Shown: in pieces, positions 24,266 to 32,783 of the stretch | Position numbering within the stretch: position 1 is the first letter of the stretch | How the letters are laid out: each line of letters opens with the position of its first letter | NCBI GenBank assembly: GCA_019747905.1 | Contig: JAIEQG010000013.1 | Span: 50,482 to 114,481, forward strand | DNA length: 64,000 nt | Origin: Burkholderiales bacterium | GTDB taxonomy: Bacteria; Pseudomonadota; Gammaproteobacteria; Burkholderiales; Ga0077523 | Direction: 5' to 3' | The notes under the pieces: generated by a model | The model's database searches: none | What the model was told of the DNA's origin: nothing | Seen by the model: only the letters and a program-made list of their open reading frames with translations | Program-made: the position numbers and the translations under genes

Positions 24266-27200
24266 CTAGGCGCCGCTGCCACGCTCCGCCAGAAACTCCC
24301 CGAGCACCTTCGCCGTATGCGACCGCGTCGCCTTCGCGACGATCGTCTCAGGTGCTCCCTGCGCGACGATCTCGCCACCGGCATCCCCACCCTCGGGTCC
24401 GAGATCGATGATCCAGTCGGCCTCTGCCATCACATCGAGGTTGTGCTCGATCACCACCACGGAATTGCCGGCGTCCACCAGTCGATGCAGCACGCGGATC
24501 AGTTTCTCCACATCCGCCATGTGCAGCCCGACAGTCGGTTCGTCCAGCACGTAGAGCGTGTGCTGCTGCGCGCCGGCGCGACCCGGTCTGGCGCCGGCGT
24601 CGGACTGATCGGTGCGCACCTTGGACAGCTCCGTCACCAGCTTGATCCGCTGTGCTTCGCCGCCCGAGAGCGTCGGACTCTGCTGCCCGAGCGTGAGATA
24701 GCCCAGTCCCACGTCCTGCAGCAAGCGCAGCGCGTGATGGATCGAGTTGTGTGCCGAGAAGAACTCGACCGCGTCGTCCACGCTCATCGCCAGCACATCG
24801 CCGATGGACTTGCCCTTGAACTGCACCGAGAGTGTTTCGGGATTGAAACGTTTGCCGCCGCACACATCGCAGGTCACCTTCACGTCCGGCAGGAAGCTCA
24901 TCTCGATCTTCTGCAAACCCTGGCCTTCGCAGGCATCGCAGCGGCCGCTGCCGGTGTTGAAGGAAAACCGCGTGGCCTCGAAACCGCGCATGCGCGCTTC
25001 GGTGGTGCCGGCGAACAGTCGGCGGATCGAATCCCAGAAGCCGACGTAGGTCGCCGGGCAGGAGCGCGGTGTCTTGCCGATGGGCGTCTGGTCCACTTCG
25101 AGCACCCGACCCACCGCTTCCGCACCCTTGACGTCGCGACACCCGAGGAAGACTTCACCCGGCCCGCGGCGCTTGCGCCCTTCGGAGACGATGTGCACGA
25201 GATTCGCGTGCAGCACGTCGCGCGCGATCGTGGATTTGCCGGAGCCGGATACGCCTGTGATCACCGTCAGCCGACCGAGCGGCACGCGCGCGTTCACCTG
25301 CTTCAGGTTGTGCAGGTCCGCGCCCACGAGCTCGATCGAAGGCGCGGATGCGGCCACGGCACGCCGCGGCGCCAGCGGATGCCGCAATGGCTCGCGCAGG
25401 AAACGGCCGGTGAGCGAATCGGGCGAGGCCATCAGATCCTCTGCCGTGCCTTGCCCCACCACGTGACCGCCACGCGTGCCTGCGCCCGGACCCAGGTCGA
25501 GCACGTGGTCGGCGCGCCGGATGGTGTCTTCGTCATGCTCGACCACCACCAGCGTGTTGCCCTTCGCTTCCAGCCGGGCGAGTGTGTCCAGGAGAATGCG
25601 GTTGTCACGCGGGTGCAGGCCGATGGTGGGTTCGTCGAGGATGTAGCAAACACCTTGCAGGTTCGAACCCAGTTGCGAGGCGAGGCGGATGCGCTGGGCC
25701 TCGCCACCCGACAGCGTCGGAGCCGAACGATCCAGCGCGAGATAGCCGAGCCCCACGTCCTGCAGGAAGCCGAGCCGTGACTTGAGCTCCGCCAGGATGT
25801 CGCGGGCGATCTCGAGTTCGCGCCCTTCGAGCGCGAGCAGATGGAAGAAGTCGTCGATCTTGCCCACCGACAGTGCCGCGAGGTCGGCGATGGAGAGGTC
25901 GCGAAACAGCACGTTCAGTGCGATCGGATTGAGGCGCTTGCCCTCGCAGGTCGGGCACGGGTGCGCATCGCCTTCGAACCAGTCGTTCCACCAGATCTCT
26001 TCGCCGGTCTGTTCCTCGTCGAACCCCTGGATCGCGAGGCCGGTGCCGTAACACGTCTCGCACCAGCCGTGCTTCGAGTTGTAGGAGAAGAGGCGTGGGT
26101 CGAGTTCCGGATAGCTGGTACCGCAGGTCGGGCAGGCGCGCTTGGTGGAGAACACCTGGTCGGTCGCCTCGGCCTTGCCCTCCAGCAGACCATCGAGCGG
26201 CGCGATGACGTGCACCACGCCCTTGCCGTGTTCCAGCGCGGTCGCCAGCGCGGTGCGCAGCGCGGTCTCGGCTTCCGGCGTGATCACAAGATCCGCCACC
26301 GGCAGCTCCAGAGTGTGCTCCTTGAACCGGTCGAGGCGCGGCCATTTCGCCGTGCCGATGAACTCGCCGTCCACACGCAGGTGCGTGTAGCCCTTGCCGG
26401 ACGCCCACTTCGCGAGATCGGTGTAGTACCCCTTCCGCGCGACCACCAGAGGCGCCAGAAGACCGATGTGCTGGCCTCGATAGTCGCGCAGGATGCGCGC
26501 GACGATGCTGTCGACGCTTTGCGGTTCGATCGGTGTGCCGTCGTTCGGGCAATGCTGCGTGCCCAGCTTCATGAACAGCAGCCGCAGGAAGTGATACACC
26601 TCGGTGAGAGTGGCCACCGTGCTCTTGCGCCCGCCGCGGCTGGTGCGCTGCTCGATCGCGACCGTGGGCGGAATGCCGAAGATCGCGTCCACGTCGGGGC
26701 GTGAGGCCGGCTGCACGAACTGGCGCGCATAGGCGTTGAGTGACTCGAGGTAACGGCGCTGGCCTTCGTTGAACAGGATGTCGAAGGCGAGCGTGGACTT
26801 GCCGGAGCCGGACACGCCGGTGATCACGTTGAAGCCGTGGCGCGGAATGTCGACGTTGACGCTCTTCAAGTTGTGTTCGCGGGCGTTGCGCACGCTGATC
26901 GAAGTTCCTCCCCGGGCCGCGCGCGGTACCGGTCGGTAGCTCACCGCGGACTCGGCGACGCGCGGCGTGTTGCCCGACAGCGCCGTGGCGTAGTCCCGCA
27001 GGGCCTTGCCGGTATGCGATGTCGGATGGGCCATCACGTCGGTCGGGGTGCCTGCGCAGACGAGCGCACCGCCGGCATCGCCGCCTTCGGGTCCCAGGTC
27101 GATCAGCCAGTCCGACGCACCGATCACGTCGAGGTTGTGCTCGATCACGATCAGAGAATGACCGGCGGCGAGCAGCTTGCGGAAGGCCCGGAGCAGCTTC

Positions 27201-30031
27201 GCGGTGTCGTCGAAATGCAGTCCGGTCGTCGGCTCGTCGAACAGGAACAACGATTTCGACGCCGTGCCGAGGTTGGCTTCGGCGAGATGACCGGCCAGCT
27301 TGAGCCGCTGTGCTTCGCCGCCCGACAAGGTCGGCACCGGCTGACCCAGGCGCAGGTACTCGAGGCCCACGTCTGCGAGCGGCTGCAGGCGCGCTAGCGT
27401 CTCCTTCGAATCGGCAAAGAAATGCACGGCCTCCGACACCGTCAATTCGAGTACCTCCGCCATGTTCCTGCCGGCCACAGTGATCTCGAGCACTTCCGGG
27501 CGATAGCGCTTGCCGTCGCAGTCCGGGCAGCGCAGATACACGTCGGAGAGGAACTGCATCTCCACGTGCTCGAAGCCGTTGCCGCCGCAGGTCGGGCAGC
27601 GGCCGTCGCCGGAGTTGAAGCTGAAGGTGCCGGGGGTATAGGCGCGCTGCTTCGCAGCCGGCGTGTCCGCGAACAGCTTGCGGATCGCGTCGAAGGCCCC
27701 GACGTAGCTCGCGGGGTTGGACCGGGTGGTCTTGCCGATCGGTGTCTGGTCCACCATCACGACCTCGGCGACGTGCTGATGGCCGCGCAGCTCACGGAAC
27801 GCGCCTGGCGTTTCGGTCGGCTTGCCTTTCTGCTTGAGCAGCGCGGCGTAGAGCACGTCCTGGACGAGGGTCGACTTGCCCGAGCCGGAAACGCCGGTGA
27901 TGGTGACCAGCCGCTCCAGCGGAATCGTCACATCCACGTTCTTCAGGTTGTGCTCGGTCGCACCGAGCAACTCCAGTTTCGGTCCGCGCGCATCGGGCGC
28001 TCGCGGCGCGAGACCGCTGTCGGCACGCTTGCGCCCCGACAGATACGAGGCGGTGAGCGAATCCGGTGTGCGCATCATCTCCTCCGGCGTGCCGAAGAAG
28101 ACGATCTCGCCGCCGCGTTCGCCGGGTCCGGGGCCCATGTCGAGCAGCCGGTCGGCGGCGAACATGATCTGCGGATCGTGCTCCACCACCACCAGCGAGT
28201 TGCCGGCATCGCGCAGCTTCTGCATCACCGCGATCACGCGCAGCATGTCGCGCGGATGCAGGCCGATGGAAGGTTCGTCGAGCACGAAGAGGGTGTTGAC
28301 GAGCGACGTGCCGAGCGCGGTGGTGAGGTTGATGCGCTGCACTTCGCCGCCCGAGAGCGTGCGCGATTGGCGGTCGAGTGTGAGATAGCCGAGCCCCACT
28401 TCGTTGACGAAACCGAGGCGGCTTCGGATCTCCGCGAGCAGCAGGTCGGTGGCTTCGTCGAGAGCGCCTTCGAGGCGCAGGCTCTCGAAGAACGTGCGGG
28501 TGCGTTCCGTGGGCAACAGCATCAGGTCGTGGATCGACAGACCCGGCAGGTGCTCGAGGACCTCGCGCGACCAGTCAACGCCCCGAGGCAGAAAGCGCTG
28601 GTTCGACGGGAGCACGGCATCGGCATCTGCGCTCGTACCGACTCGCCACAGCAGGGATTCCGGCTTCAGGCGCGCGCCGCCGCACGACTCGCACGGGGTG
28701 TAGGCGCGGTACTTCGACAGCAGCACCCGGATGTGCATCTTGTACGCCTTGGTCTCGAGCCAGGCGAAGAAGCGCCGCACGCCGTACCACGTGCCCGGCC
28801 AGGACTTGCTCCAGCTCTTCCATTCCGGTTCGCCCTCCAGCACCCAATGGCGCTGGGCATCGGTGAGGTCGCGCCAGGGCACATCGAGCGGGACGTCGCG
28901 CTTTCTTGCGTACTTCACCAGATCGTCCTGGCATTCGCTGAAACTCGGCGTCTGCCAAGGTTTGATCGCGCCGCCGCCGAGCGTCTTCGCAGAGTCCGGC
29001 ACGATCAGCCCGAAATCGATGCCGATCACGCGGCCGAAACCGCGACAGGTCTCGCAGGCCCCGATGGGCGAATTGAACGAGAAGCGGCTCGGATTCGGCT
29101 CGCTGTAGTGGATGTCGCAGTCGGGGCAGTGCAGGTCGGTGCTGTAACGCCACACTGCGGACGCCACGGGCACTCCTTTCCCCACCGGAACGGTGGGGGA
29201 AGGTTGGGAGCGAGACGGGGAATTCGAGCCGCATGCGGCGAGCCCGTCGAGCGGCGCCGGCATGCAGGCCGGCGCGCACTCCGCAGGAGGGGGCATTCCA
29301 CCGCCCGCAGCATCGTCGCCCACCGGATACACATTCACCCGCCCTTGCCCCACCCGCAGCGCCGCTTCGAGCGCCTCCACGATCCGCGCCCGTTCCGCGT
29401 TGCCCGCCCGGAACCGATCCTGGATGACCTCGACCGCATCCTTCGATCGCGCGTGGATCCGCGAATACCCCTGCACCTCCAGCAACTTCAGGACTTCCTC
29501 TTCCTTGAAATTCTTCGGCACCGGGACCGGGAAGGTCACGATCAGCCGTGGATCGCCCGTCGTCCTGGCCCGTTCCGTAAGGTCGTCGAAGATGGTCTGC
29601 GGCGAGTCGCGGCGCACCGCGCGCCCGCAATGGCGGCAGTGCAGATGGGCTGCCCGCGCGAACAGCAGCTTCAGGTGGTCGTTCAGCTCCGTCATCGTGC
29701 CGACGGTGGAGCGCGAGGTGCGCACCGGGTTGGTCTGGTCGATGGCAATGGCGGGCGGTATGCCCTCGACCCGATCCACCTGCGGCTTGTCCATGCGGTC
29801 CAGGAACTGGCGCGCGTAGGGCGAGAACGTCTCCACGTAGCGCCGCTGGCCTTCGGCGTAAAGCGTGTCGAACACCAGGGAGGACTTGCCGGAGCCGGAC
29901 ACGCCGGTCACCACCACCAGTTCGTTGGTGGGGATCGAGAGGGTCAGGTTCTTGAGGTTGTTCTGGCGCGCGCCGTGAATGACGATTGCTTCGCCGACAC
30001 GGTCGGAAAGAGGGGAATCGGGGGTTTTCAT
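24266..30031 (-). CDS. uvrA: tandem-duplicated UvrA-family ABC ATPase (two UvrA modules in one 1921-aa polypeptide)
   Basis: Start at MKTPDSPL (ATG 30031). There are four Walker A sites: GVSGSGKSSLVFDTLYAEGQRRY, GVSGSGKSTLVQDVLY, GVSGSGKSTLAFDILFNEGQRRY and GVSGSGKSTIARDVLH. There are four LSGGEAQR signature motifs. Zn-module CxxC pairs occur in both halves. Confidence 0.9.
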   Translation of the reverse strand: MKTPDSPLSDRVGEAIVIHGARQNNLKNLTLSIPTNELVVVTGVSGSGKSSLVFDTLYAEGQRRYVETFSPYARQFLDRMDKPQVDRVEGIPPAIAIDQTNPVRTSRSTVGTMTELNDHLKLLFARAAHLHCRHCGRAVRRDSPQTIFDDLTERARTTGDPRLIVTFPVPVPKNFKEEEVLKLLEVQGYSRIHARSKDAVEVIQDRFRAGNAERARIVEALEAALRVGQGRVNVYPVGDDAAGGGMPPPAECAPACMPAPLDGLAACGSNSPSRSQPSPTVPVGKGVPVASAVWRYSTDLHCPDCDIHYSEPNPSRFSFNSPIGACETCRGFGRVIGIDFGLIVPDSAKTLGGGAIKPWQTPSFSECQDDLVKYARKRDVPLDVPWRDLTDAQRHWVLEGEPEWKSWSKSWPGTWYGVRRFFAWLETKAYKMHIRVLLSKYRAYTPCESCGGARLKPESLLWRVGTSADADAVLPSNQRFLPRGVDWSREVLEHLPGLSIHDLMLLPTERTRTFFESLRLEGALDEATDLLLAEIRSRLGFVNEVGLGYLTLDRQSRTLSGGEVQRINLTTALGTSLVNTLFVLDEPSIGLHPRDMLRVIAVMQKLRDAGNSLVVVEHDPQIMFAADRLLDMGPGPGERGGEIVFFGTPEEMMRTPDSLTASYLSGRKRADSGLAPRAPDARGPKLELLGATEHNLKNVDVTIPLERLVTITGVSGSGKSTLVQDVLYAALLKQKGKPTETPGAFRELRGHQHVAEVVMVDQTPIGKTTRSNPASYVGAFDAIRKLFADTPAAKQRAYTPGTFSFNSGDGRCPTCGGNGFEHVEMQFLSDVYLRCPDCDGKRYRPEVLEITVAGRNMAEVLELTVSEAVHFFADSKETLARLQPLADVGLEYLRLGQPVPTLSGGEAQRLKLAGHLAEANLGTASKSLFLFDEPTTGLHFDDTAKLLRAFRKLLAAGHSLIVIEHNLDVIGASDWLIDLGPEGGDAGGALVCAGTPTDVMAHPTSHTGKALRDYATALSGNTPRVAESAVSYRPVPRAARGGTSISVRNAREHNLKSVNVDIPRHGFNVITGVSGSGKSTLAFDILFNEGQRRYLESLNAYARQFVQPASRPDVDAIFGIPPTVAIEQRTSRGGRKSTVATLTEVYHFLRLLFMKLGTQHCPNDGTPIEPQSVDSIVARILRDYRGQHIGLLAPLVVARKGYYTDLAKWASGKGYTHLRVDGEFIGTAKWPRLDRFKEHTLELPVADLVITPEAETALRTALATALEHGKGVVHVIAPLDGLLEGKAEATDQVFSTKRACPTCGTSYPELDPRLFSYNSKHGWCETCYGTGLAIQGFDEEQTGEEIWWNDWFEGDAHPCPTCEGKRLNPIALNVLFRDLSIADLAALSVGKIDDFFHLLALEGRELEIARDILAELKSRLGFLQDVGLGYLALDRSAPTLSGGEAQRIRLASQLGSNLQGVCYILDEPTIGLHPRDNRILLDTLARLEAKGNTLVVVEHDEDTIRRADHVLDLGPGAGTRGGHVVGQGTAEDLMASPDSLTGRFLREPLRHPLAPRRAVAASAPSIELVGADLHNLKQVNARVPLGRLTVITGVSGSGKSTIARDVLHANLVHIVSEGRKRRGPGEVFLGCRDVKGAEAVGRVLEVDQTPIGKTPRSCPATYVGFWDSIRRLFAGTTEARMRGFEATRFSFNTGSGRCDACEGQGLQKIEMSFLPDVKVTCDVCGGKRFNPETLSVQFKGKSIGDVLAMSVDDAVEFFSAHNSIHHALRLLQDVGLGYLTLGQQSPTLSGGEAQRIKLVTELSKVRTDQSDAGARPGRAGAQQHTLYVLDEPTVGLHMADVEKLIRVLHRLVDAGNSVVVIEHNLDVMAEADWIIDLGPEGGDAGGEIVAQGAPETIVAKATRSHTAKVLGEFLAERGSGA
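29175..29210 (-). repeat. family-1 hairpin unit embedded in-frame inside the uvrA-like CDS
   Basis: The plus strand reads CCTTTCCCCACCG-gaa-CGGTGGGGGAAGG-TTGGGAG. On the coding strand this is CTCCCAACCTTCCCCC..., the same left end as the intergenic copies. It translates as SQPSPTVPVGKG. Confidence 0.6.
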
Positions 30032-30369
30032 GTCAGTGGGGTGTTCGTTATCGCGATGGGCCAGCGGCCGGCGCAGCCGGGTTGCACGGGCCCTCCCGTA
30101 CAAGGCCTTGAGATGGGTGTCGCAGGGCCGCCCCAAGACACTGATGCGCCCCCTCGGGGGGCAGCGATCGCAGTGAGCGTGGGGGCCGTTTTGTCAGACT
30201 TTGGAGGGGTCGCGAGGGTCGACCCGGAAGCCCTCGATTGTAGTCTTGCCGCAGTGCAAACAAACGATCGCGTGCCGCGCGGGGAGTCTTTCCCTTGACC
30301 TCCCGGGTCGACAGTCGCACCATGTTCAGCCAACAAAAACTTACAGCAGCATTGGGGAGGAAAGAGCGC

Positions 30370-30516
30370 ATGGGACCGATCGGCCGGGCTTGCTCGGCGT
30401 TTTCGCTCGTGGTGACTGCCGGTATCGCACCGGCCTCGGGGGCGGCCGAAGGTTGGCCTTCAGGAACAGCGCTCTCGCATGGGCAGATCGCACGGAAGAT
30501 CGAGGCCCGCGCATGA
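30370..30516 (+). CDS. possible small leader ORF (48 aa) coupled to the cytochrome c gene
   Basis: ATG at 30370, preceded by GGGGAGGAAAG. Its stop overlaps the cytochrome c start (ATGA at 30513-30516). The hydrophobic N-terminus reads MGPIGRACSAFSLVVTAGIAPASGAA. No family was recognised. Confidence 0.35.
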   Translation: MGPIGRACSAFSLVVTAGIAPASGAAEGWPSGTALSHGQIARKIEARA

Positions 30517-30872
30517 AATTCTCGATCGCGATCATTGCGATGCTGTCGCTCGTCCTGTCGATGGCGGCCACGGCTGAAACCAGTCCCCAGGAAGCCAAGC
30601 AGATCTACGATCAGATGTGTGCCGGCTGCCACGGTTTCCAGGGCGACGGCGGCGAAGGGCACCGCGGCGGATTCAGCCCGCACATCGGCACGCTGGCCAA
30701 CAAGGCCTACATGGCCTCGGTGCCCGACGAGTACCTCGCCATGATCATCAAGAAGGGCGGCGCCGCCATGGGCAAGATTGCCACCATGCCGGCCTGGGAG
30801 CACAAGTTCAACGAGGAGCAGGTGAATGCCCTCGTAAAGCACATTCGATCATTTGCGCCCGCCGATCATTAG
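30513..30872 (+). CDS. c-type cytochrome (mono-haem, CxxCH)
   Basis: The signal peptide is MKFSIAIIAMLSLVLSMAATAE. The haem site is IYDQMCAGCHGFQGDG, with a distal Met region ATMPAW. Confidence 0.85.
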   Translation: MKFSIAIIAMLSLVLSMAATAETSPQEAKQIYDQMCAGCHGFQGDGGEGHRGGFSPHIGTLANKAYMASVPDEYLAMIIKKGGAAMGKIATMPAWEHKFNEEQVNALVKHIRSFAPADH

Positions 30873-30900
30873 ACGTGACCTCCCCCCCGATAGGCATTGT

Positions 30901-30952
30901 GGCCTCTCCCCCCAGGGGGCCAGCCCTCTTGGGGCGGCCCGGCGAGGGCTGG
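30901..30952. repeat. intergenic GC-rich hairpin repeat, family 2 (copy 2 of 2)
   Basis: CCTCTCCCCCCAGGGGGCCAGCCCTCTTGGGGCG is similar to 12072-12105. Hairpin CAGCCCTC-15nt-GAGGGCTG at 30921-30951. Confidence 0.45.
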
Positions 30953-31058
30953 TTCGCGCGGCCAGCGATTCAGGGAGATCAGTAAGTCTCGAATAGAAAG
31001 GGCAACGCCCGAGTAGCACGGTAGCTGAAGTCGAACTTCAACCGAGGAGGAGGCGAGA

Positions 31059-32723
31059 ATGAGAATACCAATCTACGCAGCAGTGCTCGCATTGGCTGTG
31101 GGGGCCACGGCGGGATCTGCTTTCGCGGCGGATGACCGCGCGAAGGCGGAGCCGGGTGGTCCGGCCGGGAAGTGGTCCACGCGCACGCCGGTTACGCCGG
31201 ATCCGAGCAAGATCAAGATCGCGAAGGGCTACAAGGTGCAGGTGTTCGCCGCCGGCCTCGACACGATCACGTCCATCGCGGTCGACAAGGACGACAACGT
31301 CTGGGTTGCCATTTCCGGCAACACCTTCGGCTTTCCACCCGAGGGCATCGACAAGCCGCACGTGAAGATCTTCGACAAGAACGGCAAGCTCATCAAGGAC
31401 AAGGTCGGCCTGGGGACGTTCAAGTCGTTCGCCCTGAACGAGATCGGCTATTGCCCGGAGAACGGTCGCATGTACGTCGGCGACTACAGCTACGGCATCT
31501 GGGAAGTCGACGGCGTGAACGGCACGCCCAAGCTGATCATGAACGAGGTCCCGATCGGCGACCACGCGCTCGGCGGCATCACCTGCCGCGACGGCTGGCT
31601 CTACTACGCCGTGGGCGCACCTTCCAACTCCGGTTTTTCCGATCCCAACATCCACGGCTGGACCGATGCGATCGACCCGTACTGGGAAAAGCGCACCACG
31701 GACGGCATGCCGGCGCTGCCGCGTGACCCGCCCTGCCGCGACATCGTGCTGACGGGCCTGAACATCCGCGACACCGAAGGCAACCTCACGGGCGCTTACC
31801 TGCCCAAGGGCACGCCGTCGAAGCCCGGGCAGGTCATCAAGGCACAGAAGCCCTGCGGCGGCGCCATCCATCGCGCCAAGTTGAAGGCCGACAGCAGCTA
31901 CACGCGGGATGACTGGGAAGTCTACGCGATGGGCCTGCGCAATTCGTCGGGTGTCGCGTTCGGACCGAAGGGTTCGCGCTTCGAGAAGGCCCTGGCGGTG
32001 AGCGACAACGGTCACAACGACAAGGGCAACCGCCGCGTGGCCAATGCTGCAGAGCGTCTGTTCGTCTTCACCGAGAAGGGCCAGGACGCGGGCTTCCCGG
32101 ACAAGGACGGCGACAACTTCGTCAACATCAAGCGCTCCGGCCCGGATACCTACCGTGGCAACAAGTTCGACCCGACCCGGCCCAATCCCCAGCTCTACAT
32201 CGGGGACAAGCCCTTCGTGCCTAGCCTGCCGCCCTATCGTTTCATCGATCACTCGATCGGTGTGCGCGGTACGCCGCTGATCGTGGCCAACCCCAACCCG
32301 AACGGCTACATCAACCCGGTGCTGGAGTGGGACACGAACAACCCCATGGACGGTCTGGCATGGTCGAACCCCGGATTCGAAGGCAGGCCGGGTGACGTGC
32401 TCTACACCGCGGTGTTCGGCATCATCGACAACGGCCCGGAAAGCCTGCGTCCGATGTGGCCGGCCGTGGTCCGTGTCGAGTTCCTCAACCCGACCGGCGT
32501 GAAGTGGTCCATCTTCGCGGAGAACATCGATCCGGGCCCCAACGCCTATCAGAAGAAGGAAAACCGGGGTGGGTTCGAGCGCACCAACGACGTCGAGTTC
32601 AGCATGGACGGCAAGACCATGTACGTCGCCGACTACGGCGAGCTGTACGTGAACTACCAGATGGAATCGCCGTTCTACACCACGCCGAAGTCGGCGGTCG
32701 TGTGGAAGATCACCAAGGAGTGA
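31059..32723 (+). CDS. exported beta-propeller protein, glucose/sorbosone-dehydrogenase-like (possibly PQQ-dependent)
   Basis: The signal peptide is MRIPIYAAVLALAVGATAGSAFA. The stretch DHALGGITCRDGWLYYAVGAPSNSG resembles the GSDH-family motif. The family assignment rests on motif recall only. Confidence 0.7.
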   Translation: MRIPIYAAVLALAVGATAGSAFAADDRAKAEPGGPAGKWSTRTPVTPDPSKIKIAKGYKVQVFAAGLDTITSIAVDKDDNVWVAISGNTFGFPPEGIDKPHVKIFDKNGKLIKDKVGLGTFKSFALNEIGYCPENGRMYVGDYSYGIWEVDGVNGTPKLIMNEVPIGDHALGGITCRDGWLYYAVGAPSNSGFSDPNIHGWTDAIDPYWEKRTTDGMPALPRDPPCRDIVLTGLNIRDTEGNLTGAYLPKGTPSKPGQVIKAQKPCGGAIHRAKLKADSSYTRDDWEVYAMGLRNSSGVAFGPKGSRFEKALAVSDNGHNDKGNRRVANAAERLFVFTEKGQDAGFPDKDGDNFVNIKRSGPDTYRGNKFDPTRPNPQLYIGDKPFVPSLPPYRFIDHSIGVRGTPLIVANPNPNGYINPVLEWDTNNPMDGLAWSNPGFEGRPGDVLYTAVFGIIDNGPESLRPMWPAVVRVEFLNPTGVKWSIFAENIDPGPNAYQKKENRGGFERTNDVEFSMDGKTMYVADYGELYVNYQMESPFYTTPKSAVVWKITKE

Positions 32724-32744
32724 TCCTTACGGTGTGATGGTATC

Positions 32745-32768
32745 CCCGGCGGTCTTCGGACCGCCGGG
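32745..32768 (+). terminator. stem-loop downstream of the propeller-protein gene (no U-tract)
   Basis: CCCGGCGGTC-ttcg-GACCGCCGGG is a perfect 10-bp stem, 22 nt after the stop. Confidence 0.5.
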
Positions 32769-32783
32769 TGCAGCAAAGCGCTC

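Noticed and set aside
27422-30298. 958-aa plus-strand ORF, together with 24317..25780 (487 aa) and 25841..26704 (287 aa).
   Set aside because: All three are antisense to the uvrA-like gene, which has unmistakable ABC motifs. The plus-strand translations are Arg/His/Glu-rich junk.
30032-30512. SOS (LexA) box upstream of the uvrA-like gene.
   Set aside because: I looked for CTGT-N8-ACAG and related dyads on both strands of the 480-nt region and found none convincing. I cannot exclude a lineage-specific LexA motif.
31038-32252. 404-aa minus-strand ORF.
   Set aside because: It is antisense to the signal-peptide propeller protein gene, and its composition is low in complexity.
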